Both the position numbers and the translations under genes were made by a program. From the NCBI GenBank assembly GCA_964016885.1, contig OZ024744.1, forward strand, positions 103,478,001-103,542,000: DNA of 64,000 nt, in the 5' to 3' direction. Below the pieces are notes generated by a model that saw only the letters and a list, made by a program, of their open reading frames with translations, did no database searches and had not been told where the DNA came from. The stretch's first letter is position 1. Every line of letters begins with the position of its first letter. This DNA is from Eledone cirrhosa. Taxonomy: Eukaryota. This document shows, one piece after another, positions 52,840 to 64,000 of the stretch.

Positions 52840-52888
<49 letters not shown>

Positions 52889-53463
52889 ATATGTGTGTAT
52901 GTGTGTGTGTATATGTATATATGCATAAGGGTGTATGTATATACATCATTACATATAGTGATTTAATGATTATTTTCATTGATCTTTTACCCCAGTAACT
53001 CGTTGAGCGCTCTAAATCTGCTATAAGCATTTATACCCTTTTCTAAATATATATTTATTTATTTATTATTTGTCGTGTTCCCAACTTTTTATTTTCATTT
53101 TCATTTTTATTTTTATATATACAATATTTATTTTATAATATTTATGTTCTTTCTCATATATATACATATATATATATATATATTGAGTTATATATGTATA
53201 TGTGTGTATGTGTGTATGTACGTATGCATACGTATGTGTATGTATATATGTGTGTGTATGTGAGTATGTATGTATGTGTATGTATGTGTATGTGTGTATA
53301 TATATATATATATATTTTAGAGTTAAATAAGGTTCATATGAATTATCTAAGAATGAGTTTTACACACATATATATATGTGTGTGTTTGTATTTGGTTGTG
53401 CGTGTTTGTGATATGTATGTATATGTATGTGTATAATTGTATGGCCATGTATGTATGTGTGTG

Positions 53464-53504
<41 letters not shown>

Positions 53505-54002
53505 ATATGTATAAATGAAGTAATTCCATCGGAAAAGTCCAGGAAAAAAGAGTGCTCTATGTAGGCAACAGAGCTTAATTATTATTATTATGTAATAAAC
53601 AACATAAGGCAATTATTCCATTTACCAGTGGTTTCTTAAAAGCAAAAGGTTTTGCTTTCAATCCTCAGAATGAAAAAATCCTGGTTTGTTTATTGTATTT
53701 GGATTTTAAAAAACAAAAATGCAATCTATATGAAAGTGAGGCTGGAGAAGGGAGAAGGAAAGGAAAAATAAAATAAAACTACACATGCAAACACACACAC
53801 AAAAACACAAAAGCATACTTACACACACATACATATATACATATATATATGTACGCATACATATATACATATACACATATATATAAAACGTACACTCACA
53901 TACACATACACATATATACACACATACACATACATACATTCACACACACACACACACATACACCCACACACACACACACACACACACCCACACACACACA
54001 CC

Positions 54003-54050
<48 letters not shown>

Positions 54051-54136
54051 AAGTTTTATTTAAATTGTTGGGTTACAACGAGTAAATATTTATAACTGAT
54101 ATAAAAGCACTCAACAAGTATTTGGAGTATATTTAC

Positions 54137-54486
54137 GATATTAAATAAATGGAAACTATATTTATAAAACCATATTTATTTCATTATATATATTTCAGGG
54201 ATATCATATTAAAAATATGGTATGCCTTCATCAGACAAAATACAATATAAACAGTCTTATAAATAGATAGATTTGACATACCTTTCAACTTCAACTTCCG
54301 TTTAAAAATCAACTTTTTAAACGGAAGTTGAAGTTGTAAGGTATGTCAAATCTATCTATTTATAAGACTGTTTATATTGTATTTTGTCTGATGAAGGCAT
54401 ACCATATTTTTAATATGATATCCCTGAAATATATATAATGAAATAAATATGGTTTTATAAATATAGTTTCCATTTATTTAATATCG

Positions 54487-54487
<1 letters not shown>
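54137..54487. repeat. Near-perfect palindrome with about 170-bp arms (Naiad-type terminal repeat, hammerhead-like core in each arm)
   Basis: Centre ttaaaaa-tcaac-tttttaa at about 54309-54313; CTGATGA at 54388 and GAAA at 54426; homologous to 24040-24200. Confidence 0.9.
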
Positions 54488-54517
<30 letters not shown>

Positions 54518-56012
54518 ACACACATACACATACATATGTGTGTGTACAAGCATACACATACACAAACATAGCCATACACACACACATATACATACATACA
54601 TTCACACAAACATACATAACGTACATACATACACATACATAAATGCACTCCTCTACATATTCACACACGCAAATAAATATAAGAAAAAAAATATATATAT
54701 ATATTAAAAAATGTTTGACATCGTTACAGGAGGCAGCTAACTGGACAGACACGCGTGGTAAGTAATACACACAAATGCACGTATACATACGTACGAAATA
54801 GTAAACACATACACACACTCTCACACATAAATATACATATTTATATGTATGCGTATGTATGTGTTTATGTATTTATATATGTATATTTATGTATGAGAGT
54901 GTGTGTATGTATTTATTTTTACGTATGTATGTGTATGTGCAATTGTGTGTATTTCTTACCACGTGTGTTTCTTTATTTACTTGTTGCCTGTATCGCTGTC
55001 AACTTTATAATAGTCTTTATTTTCTTTTTTATGCCTTTTATTTCTATATATATAATTCCCGTTCTGTGTGTGTGTAAAAGAGTTTCACTTGGAAAATATT
55101 CCATCCATCTCTGTCAAATTAAACACATAGCCAAAATAGGCTACGGTTTGTAACATCAAGAAAAAATTATTTCATAATGATTAATTTCGAAGTCACAAAC
55201 TTCGATTTTATAATCTTATAGACTTTTGCACTAACAAATTCCATGACGACCATTAAAGAGAGAGAGCGTTCCTTTTACACACTTCTTAACTCTCCCCCTT
55301 CCACAACACGACCTTATGGGATCCATAACGGCCAGAGAGAGAAGGATGTGTGAGAGGGAGATAGAAAGAGAGGAGTGAGAGAGAGAGAGTAAAATAAAGA
55401 AAGAGAGGAGTGTGTGTGACGCGAATATGATAAATACAGCGTTTATAATTTTAACTACACTTCTTAACTCTCCCCCTTCCACAACGTCACGTCTTGGGAT
55501 TGTGTGCGTATGTGTGTGTGTGTATGTGTGTGTGTTTGTATGTATGTGTGTATGTTTGTGTGTGTATGTGTTTGTGTGTGTGTGTACGTGCGTGCGTGTG
55601 TGCATGTGTGTGTGTATGTGTAGAAATGTGTTAATTGTAAGAAATAACAGACGTTACTTTTTATTCAAAAAATTAAACGCTAAAGCAGTTTTGATGTCAT
55701 AAATCATATTTTCAAAGTGAAAATCGTCATTTCTTTAATACTTATACAGAGGTTGAAATATATTTACTGTTTGTCTTCTGGTTTTTAATCAAATATTTAC
55801 ACATTGCTCAACCGACACTGCTAAACACGATATTAGCAAAATTATTTTGTAAGTATGAAAATCTAATATATAATTCCCGTGTAGAAAAAGCAGATGATAA
55901 AATATACTTTTTCGTCTTGCTTATTATTACAAAAATGTACACATTGTACACAACTATTTATTTCTTTTAATTGATTTGTATCAGCTTTATTCAATTACAT
56001 ATTTTCGGTAGA

Positions 56013-59000
56013 ATGCCTCGAAAAAGAAAGAGTAACATTGGAAAAAAAACAAAAAATGCTTTTGCTTTGGGTTCTTTGCGCGCAAGCGAAACAGAAGAAC
56101 AATGTGTGCTACGGCGTGCTCGCAATGCTGCTTCTAATTCCAATAGCCGTGCTTTAGAGACTGTTGACCAAAGGGCAACAAGGCTTGCGGCTGATTCTCA
56201 ACGGAAAATGCGTACTTATGTCTTTCCGAGGGATTCTTCCTGTTACTGGTCTAAGAAAGGTTTTCAATACAACCCCAAGAGGACTACGCATCCCATCCAC
56301 ATATCATCATTGGTAGTATGTCAACTGTTTGCGTCCATTGTAATGCAATGAGGTGGTCAGCGGAATCTACCGGTATATGTTGCTCCAATGGAACGGTTAG
56401 ATTGCCTTATTTACAAGTCGGTGCCGAACCTTTGAATTCTCTGCTGCTTGGAGACCACCCTGATTCTAAACACTTTTTCAGAAATATAAGAGCCTACAAT
56501 TCGGCTTTCCAAATGACAAGCTTTGGTCATACAACAATAAAAAGATAGGAATTATATGCCCACATTTAAAGTGCAAGGCCAAATTTACCATCAAATAGGA
56601 TCACTTATTCCACAAGATGGCAAAGAACACAGTTTTCTCCAGATCTACTTTATGGGCAACGGACCTGAAGAAATTGCACGAAGGGCTTCAGTTGCTAAAG
56701 GAACGACACCTCTTCTGCAGCCACTTCAATATATGCTTCATTCCATAAACCCGTACATCACCATTTTCAAAACTGCTTTACAACGTAGAGATGCTAACAA
56801 CAATCAATACAAGGTTGTCATTCGAAATGACCGCGCTCCACCAGGGCAGCATCAGGGTTGCTTTAATAGACCCTAAACCGATGAAGTTGCGGTGATTATA
56901 ACACGTCCTAATCAGAGCGCTTCAAACCGTGATATTGTTATTGAATGGCAGGACTCGCATCTTCAAAAAATAAATGAACTTCATCCCGCATATGATGCTC
57001 TCCAGTATCCATTGCTGTTCCCCTTTGGCGACGATGGCTACCGCATTGATTTGCAAAAGTGTAATCCTGTAAGTTTAATGCATCTTACACCAGGGAAAAC
57101 CATTTCACAAATGGAATTTTATGCATTTAGACTTATGTTTCGCAAAAACGACGTCAACATTCTGCATAGAACACGGATGCTCCTCAATCAATACTGTGTA
57201 GACATATTTGCTAAGATTGACACTGAACGCCTCCAATGGATAAGACATCATCAAAAGGAACTGCGTTCAGAAGAATACGGCAATCTACGTGACGAAGTAA
57301 ACCGAAATGATCAGGCTAATGCTTCGGATGTTGGGCTTTCTGTCATTCTCCCATCATCATACACTGGAGGCCCCCGTTACATGCATGAAAAAATGCAGGA
57401 TGCTCTGACCTATGTCCACCATTGTAGCCGTCCTGAACTTTTTATCACCTTTACATGCAATCCAAAATGGTTTGACATCCAGTCTCATTTACTTCATGGC
57501 CAAAATCCTTCACACAGGCATGATATCACATCCAGAGTGTTTCACATGAAGCTTATAAAAATGATGGATGTTTTAAAATACGGACAACTTTTTGGACCAG
57601 TAAGGTGCTTCATGTACACAGTAGAATGGCAGAAGAGAGGACTCCCACATGCCCATATTCTCCTTTGGCTTCAAAAGAAACTTATGTCAACTGATATTGA
57701 TTCCATTATCAGTGCTGAATTGCCAAATCCCCAAGAAGACCCTTCGCTATTTCAAATCATAAAAGCCAACATGATACATGGCCCGTGTGGCCACCTAAAT
57801 CCAAAATCTGCATGTATGGACAATAGGAGATGTACAAAGCGTTACCCACGTAAACTCATCAATGAAACCAAAACTGGTGATGATGGCTACCCTTCATACC
57901 GTCGCAGGGCACCACAGGAGGGTGGACATATGGCAAATATAACAATGCTTGGTGGTCAAGATTTCACTATTGACAACCGATGGGTTGTACCACATAACAA
58001 GGTGCTATGTAAAATGTTTTCAGCCCATATTAACGTTGAATTCTGCAACTCCGTCAAAGCAATCCAATACATCTGCAAGTATGTCCATAAGGGAGCTGAT
58101 CGAGCAGTTATTGAGTTGGCTAAAAGCGATAACCCTGATGCTGCCACAGATGAAGTCACGTGTTTTCAAACTGGACGCTACATCTCTTCTAACGAGGGAT
58201 TTTGGCGCATATTCGGTTTTCCGATCCATGAACGTGAACCTGCAGTTATTCATCTCAGCGTTCATTTGGAGAATGGTCAACGGGTGTATTTTAACCAAGA
58301 AAATATGCTTGACTGTGCAAGACAACCTCAAAGAACGACCCTTACCGGGTTCTTTGAACTTTGTACTTCAGACTCTTTTGCCAGAACACTTCTTTATGCG
58401 GAGTTGCCTACATTCTACACGTGGAATAAATCTTCCCGCTGTTGGCAAAGAAGAAAGCGAGGACGCATTTCACAAAGGGATGCTTTGATGCGTGAGTCTG
58501 ATGCCCTCTCAAGAGTGTACATAGTTCACCCGCTCAATTCAGAATGTTTTCACCTTCGTCTTCTATTGCACGTTATCAAAGGTCCGACTTCCTTTGAAGA
58601 CCTCCGTACCGTCAATGGCCATATTTGGTCAACATTTAAAGAGGCCTGCTCCAAATTAGGTCTTCTCGACAACGATGACCACGCCCTCCATGAAGCATCA
58701 ATGTTGCAGTCACCAATTGCTCTTCGTAAGCTTTTCGCCGTTATGCTGGTATACTGCAGTCTTGGGAATCCACAGTCTTTCTGGGATAAATATCGTGACA
58801 GCATGTGCTTGGACATCCTAATGCAATCTCGCTTTGCGTCCACAGACATGAATTTACAGTTTACACATGAAATGTACAATTGCGGTCTCATATTTCTAGA
58901 AGATATACTTTTGGAAATGACCGGCCATCCCTTGAAGAACTACTATATGGAATCCCCTAAAAGAGAAAATGAGGCTGTTTGTAACCGCCACGTACTAAGG

Positions 59001-60411
59001 GAGACATGCTACAATGCTGTCAGGCTTCTGTCCTACATTCAAAAAAGAGAAAAACTTTTGAATTCTGAACAAGCTGATGTCTATACTTTTGTTTTGACCA
59101 TGCTTGAAGACATAAACGGTGGCATCCTCTTCCTTGATGCGCCAGGTGGCACAAGAAAGACATTTCTACTAAACCTCCTTCTTGCCAAAGTTCGCCAACA
59201 TGGACAGATTACCATTGCAATGGCATCTTCAGGAATAGCAGCAACACTGCTAGACGGCGGCAGAACAGTCCATTCAACATTTAAGCTTCCCCTTAACATT
59301 GGTCATGTTGAAAATCCGACCACTAATGTAAAGAAGAATTCTGATGAGGTTGCTGTCTTTTGAAAATGCAAAATGATTGTCTGGGATGAGGCGACAATGT
59401 CTCACAAGAATGCACTTCATGCAATCAATGCAACGCTACAAGATCTGCGCTCCAACTCTAAACCTTTCGGTGGCGTCGTTCTGCTTCTTGCTGGGGACTT
59501 TCGTCAAACTCTTCCCATCATCCCAAAAGGTCAACCAGGTGATGAAATAGACGTTTGCATTAAACATTCTCATTTTTGGCGCTTCGCCCAGTCGAGAATG
59601 TTAACCATCAACATGCGATCGATTCTCCACCAACAAGACGGTAACAATTATTTTGCTTCAAAGTTATTGGATGTTGGTAATGGGAACTTACTAATCGACG
59701 TAAACGGTTTCGTTGACATAAGTACCATCGGCAACTACGTCTCCAGCCCTGGGGACCTTTGCACAAAAGTTTACCCCGACCTCTCAACAAATTACGTCAG
59801 TCATCAATGGATGTGTGGAAGGGCTATCTTAGCCCCTACGAATGCCACCGTCCAAGCTATTAACACATGTCTGCTTTATCAACTTCCTTCCCAAGAGCGA
59901 TGTTATGCTTCGATTGATTCGATTACGGATCCAACGCAAGTAACGTTTTACCCAACAGAGTTTTTAAACTCACAAAAACCATCGGGAATGCCACCGCATA
60001 AACTCTGCCTAAGACTTGGATGTCCCATCATACTCTTAAGAAATTTGGAACCTCCTCGGCTTTGCAATGGCACACGCTTGGTTATAACGCAAATGTTGGA
60101 TGACGTTCTCGGAAATTACTGGAAAAGGCGCTGGTGACTCTGTTTTTATTTCCCGAGTTCCACTTATTCCAACTGACTGTGTCTTTCCGATGAAAAGAGT
60201 TCAATTCCCCATTCGATTAAGTTTGGCAATGACCATTAACAAAGCCCACGGGCAATCACTAAAAGTGGTTGGGCTGGACCTCAGTACCCCATGTTTTTCA
60301 CACGGACAACTGTATGTGGGATGTTCAAGAGCTGGAAACTCAGCAAGTCTCTTTTACTACGCTCCCGGAAGATTTACAAAAAATGTGGTTTACAAGGCAG
60401 CCCACCAATAG
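56013..60411 (+). pseudogene. Helitron RepHel transposase (HUH Rep plus Pif1-family helicase), disrupted
   Basis: FITFTCNPKW, VEWQKRGLPHAHIL, YICKYVHKG; DAPGGTRKT (Walker A G>R), IVWDEATM, GDFRQTLP, AMTINKAHGQ, HGQLYVGCSR; stops at 56874 and 59361; frameshifts near 56280, 56545 and 60105. Confidence 0.93.
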
Positions 60412-60417
60412 TTTATC

Positions 60418-61787
60418 CAATGCTGCTTCTACTTCCAATAGCCGTGCTTTAGAGTCTGTTGACCAAAGAGCAACAAGGCTTGCGGCTGATTCTCAACGGA
60501 AAATGCGTACCTATGTCTTTCCGAGGGATTCTTCCTGTTACTGGTCTAAGAAAGGTTTTCAATACAACCCCAAGAGGACTACGCATCCCATCCACATATC
60601 ATCATTGGTAGTATGTCAACTGTTTGCGTCCATTGTAATGCAATGAGGTGGCCAGCTAAATCTACCGGTATATGTTGCTCCAATGGAACGGTTAGATTGC
60701 CTTATTTACAAGTCGGTGCCGAACCTTTGAATTCTCTGCTGTTTGGAGACCACCCTGATTCTAAACACTTTTTCAGAAATATAAGAGCCTACAATTCGGC
60801 TTTCCAAATGACAAGCTTTGGTCATACACCAATAAAAGATGGGAATTATATGCCCACATTTAAAGTGCAAAGCCAAATTTACCATCAAATAGGATCACTT
60901 ATTCCACAAGATGGCAAAGAACACAGTTTTCTCCACATCTACTTTATGGGCAACGGACCTGAAGAAATTGCACGAAGGGCTTCAGTTGCTAAAGGAACGA
61001 CACCTCTTCTGCAGCCCCTTCAATATATGCTTCATTCCATAAACCCGTACATCACCATTTTCAAAACTGCTTTACAACGTAGAGATGCTAACAACAATCA
61101 ATACAAGGTTGTCATTCGAAATGACCGCGCTCCACCAGGGCAGCATCAGGGTTGCTTTAATAGACCCCAAACCGATGACGTTGCGGTGATTATAACACGT
61201 CCTAATCAGAGCGCTTCAAACCGTGATATTGTTATTGAATGGCAGGACTCGCATCTTCAAAAAATAAATGAACTTCATCCCGCATATGATGCTCTCCAGT
61301 ATCCATTGCTGTTCCCCTTTGGCGACGATGGCTACCGCATTGATTTGCAAAAGTGTAATCCTGTAAGTTTAATGCATCTTACACCAGGGAAAACCATTTC
61401 ACAAATGGAATTTTATGCATTTAGACTTATGTTTCGCAACAACTACGTCAACATTCTGCATAGAACACGGATGCTCCTTAATCAATACTGTGTAAACATA
61501 TTTGCTAAGATTGACACTGAACGCCTCCAATGGATAAGACATCATCAAAAGGAACTGCGTTCAGAAGAATACGGCAATCTACGTGACGAAGTAAACCGAA
61601 ATGATCAGGCTAATTCTTCGGATGTTGGGCTTTCTGTCATTCTCCCATCATCATACACTGGAGGCCCCCGTTACATGCATGAAAAAATGCAGGATGCTCT
61701 GACCTATGTCCACCATTGTGGCCGTCCTGATCTTTTTATCACCTTTACATGCAATCCAAAATGGTTTGACATCCAGTCTCATTTACT
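60418..61787 (+). pseudogene. Internal duplication of RepHel 5' region 56123-57493
   Basis: Near-identical sequence at an offset of about 4295 bp; lacks the 56545 frameshift and the 56874 stop. Confidence 0.92.
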
Positions 61788-62050
61788 GTTTGTCTTTCCG
61801 TTATTAATAAAAAAAATTACACATTGTTCAACCGACACGGCTAACGATACATTTCTCTATGTTCACATTTTAATGACACATATCTGTAAATAAAACTTGC
61901 TCTTTTTCAATACCGTCTCATTTTTTTTTATTGAAAGAGTTGATCAGGTAAAATTATTCTCCAAGTTAAACATACAACACGGAAATTGACCATTAACATT
62001 GCAGCCCTACCAAGAACTGACACCGTCCAATGGACGGGGTCATTTGCTAG

Positions 62051-63035
62051 TCTATATATATAATTCCCGTTCTGTGTGTGTGTGTAAAAGAGTTTCACTT
62101 GGAAAATATTCCATCCATCTCTGTCAAATTAAACACATAGCCAAAATAGGCTACCGTTTGTAACATCAAGAAAAAATTATTTCATAATGATTAATTTCGA
62201 AGTCACAAACTTATAGACTTTTGCACTAACAAATTTCATGACGGCCATAAAGAGAGGGAGAGCGTTCAATTTTACACACTTCTTAACTCTCCCCCTTCCA
62301 CAATACGACGTTATGGGATTGTATGTGTATGTGCGTGTGTATATGTGTGTGTATGTGTTTGTGTGTGTATGTGTGTGTGTGTGTGTAATTTCCATAACGG
62401 CCAGAGAGAGACGGATGTGTGAGAGGGAGATAGAAAGAGAGGAGTGAGAGAGAGAGAGTAAAGTAAAGAAAGAGAGGAGTGAGAGAGAGAGAGTAAAGTA
62501 AAGAAAGAGAGGAGTGAGAGAGAGAGAGTAAAGTAAAGAAAGAGAGGAGTGAGAGAGAGAGAGAGTAAAGTAAAGAAAGCGAGGAGTGTGTGTGACGCGA
62601 ATATGATAAATACAGCGTTTATAATTTTAACTTCTTTATTACACTTCTTAACTCTCCCCCTTCCACAACGTCACGTCTTGGGATTGTGTGCGTATGTGTG
62701 TGTGTATGTGTGTGTGTATGTGTGTGTGTTTGTGTGTATGTGTGTGTATGTTTGTGTGTGTATGTGTTTGTGTGTGTGTGTACATGATGGATGTTTTAAA
62801 ATTACACATTGTTCAACCGACACGGCTAACGATACATTTCTCTATGTTCACATTTTAATGACACATATCTGTAAATAAAACTTGCTCTTTTTGAATACCG
62901 TCTCATTTTTTTTATTGAAAGAGTTGATCAGGTAAAATTATCCTCCAAGTTAAACATACAACACGGAAATTGACCATTAACATTGCAGCCCTACCAAGAA
63001 CTGACACCGTCCAATGGACGGGGGTCATTTGCTAG
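62051..63035 (+). mobile_element. Non-autonomous deletion derivative of the Helitron, head to tail with it
   Basis: Begins with TC immediately after CTAG; same 5' region and same 3' hairpin plus CTAG|T; no coding region. Confidence 0.92.
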
Positions 63036-63808
63036 TTATATATATTTTTTCTTATATTTATTTGTGTGTGAGTATGTAGAGGTGTGTGTATATATTTCTA
63101 TTTTTGTGCATACGTATGTATGCATGTAGATATGTGTGTATGTATGTGTATGTATGTACGTGTGTATATACGTATGATTGTGTGTATGTATGTATGTATA
63201 TGTATCTCTGGGAGAGATGACCCCTTAGCCTTTGTCAAGGCAGAATTCTAGGAGAAGGAAAACTCTGATATAGCACCTGCAACCCTGATGGTATCCAATG
63301 ATGTTGACTTGTTCTTCTTTTTGGTAAATATCTTCTTGGTTAAGAGAGTGGGACTGGCTTTGTGCAGTGCCTTTGCTCACTATAAAAGCTTCACGGCACA
63401 GGCATTGCTTTATATCTGGAGATCTCTCTGCACTTGTCATCACATGGTACCATGGGCCCAGCACTATGTGTCAGTAATTGTCACAAGTGTAGTGTTTGTA
63501 CCAAAGTTTTCAAGTCGCTGGCTGGACTAAAAAGTCACACTCGTTCAGCGCATCAGTAGGGGTTCTCCTACATGGATATAAAGTAGTGGCCGTACTCGAA
63601 AACGAGTTGGCAGCCACCATATGTATGTGTATGGCTATGTATGTGTATGTGTATGCATATATATATATTTATATATTTGACACTCTGTATAGCTCTACAC
63701 ATCATCACAGAAGTGAACCTAAACATCGAGTGCTCACCCGGGTGAACCTGCAGTAACTCCTAGTTACACCCACTGGGTATATTTATATATATATATATAT
63801 ATATATAT

Positions 63809-64000
63809 TAGAATTGGAGCTCTGAAATAGCAATATATATATATATGGATGTATATATAATGTATTTTGCAATACACTTTATGCTTAATTAAAAGCATTT
63901 TGAAGACCGTAAGCTATTGTTTTAAAGTAGTGACAAATTCACTTACTTTGATCTCAGCAAACAGGGGATATAAGCCGACAAGTCTTGTTTCGCTTTGGTT
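63809..64000 (-). repeat. Dispersed copy of the 316-bp hammerhead unit, truncated by the window end
   Basis: Matches 18799-18990; embedded in (TA)n. Confidence 0.9.

Larger units (their letters stand above)
55043..62050 (+). mobile_element. Helitron, formerly autonomous
   Basis: 5' TCtatatatataa; 3' hairpin ccgtcc-aat-ggacgg followed by CTAG at 62047-62050; RepHel coding region inside. Confidence 0.92.

Noticed and set aside
59361-59363. Programmed readthrough of the TGA in the Helitron helicase
   Set aside because: The element has several other lesions, including a Walker A G>R change and frameshifts, so ordinary decay is sufficient.

Overview
This is AT-rich, microsatellite-saturated animal genomic DNA. 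The SINE types, the RTE/CRE/Tx1 LINEs and the (TA)/(CA)/(TC) load suggest a cephalopod such as octopus, which is an inference. Most of the window is nested, decayed transposable elements: RTE and R4-like LINE fragments, CRE-like RLE elements, a near full-length Tx1/L1 element in a (TC)n tract, Poseidon/Neptune-like and Naiad-like Penelope-like elements (PLEs), a pogo-family transposon split by Helitrons, a decayed autonomous Helitron with a head-to-tail non-autonomous derivative, and about 6 kb of (CTA/CCA) triplet satellite. Two things are not visible in the ORF track. The first is the 5' part of a minus-strand host gene made of an ATG exon and a chain of frame-preserving phase-1 small exons (111, 45, 30 and 18 nt) that splice into one open frame, with a CRE palindrome upstream. 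The second is a high density of hammerhead-ribozyme motifs, including a 316-bp unit present as a back-to-back tandem/inverted array. Each unit carries a type I hammerhead with a compensatory U3-A8 core and resembles a retrozyme. Most short ORFs in the track are microsatellite or antisense artefacts. All calls were made by eye, without database searches.
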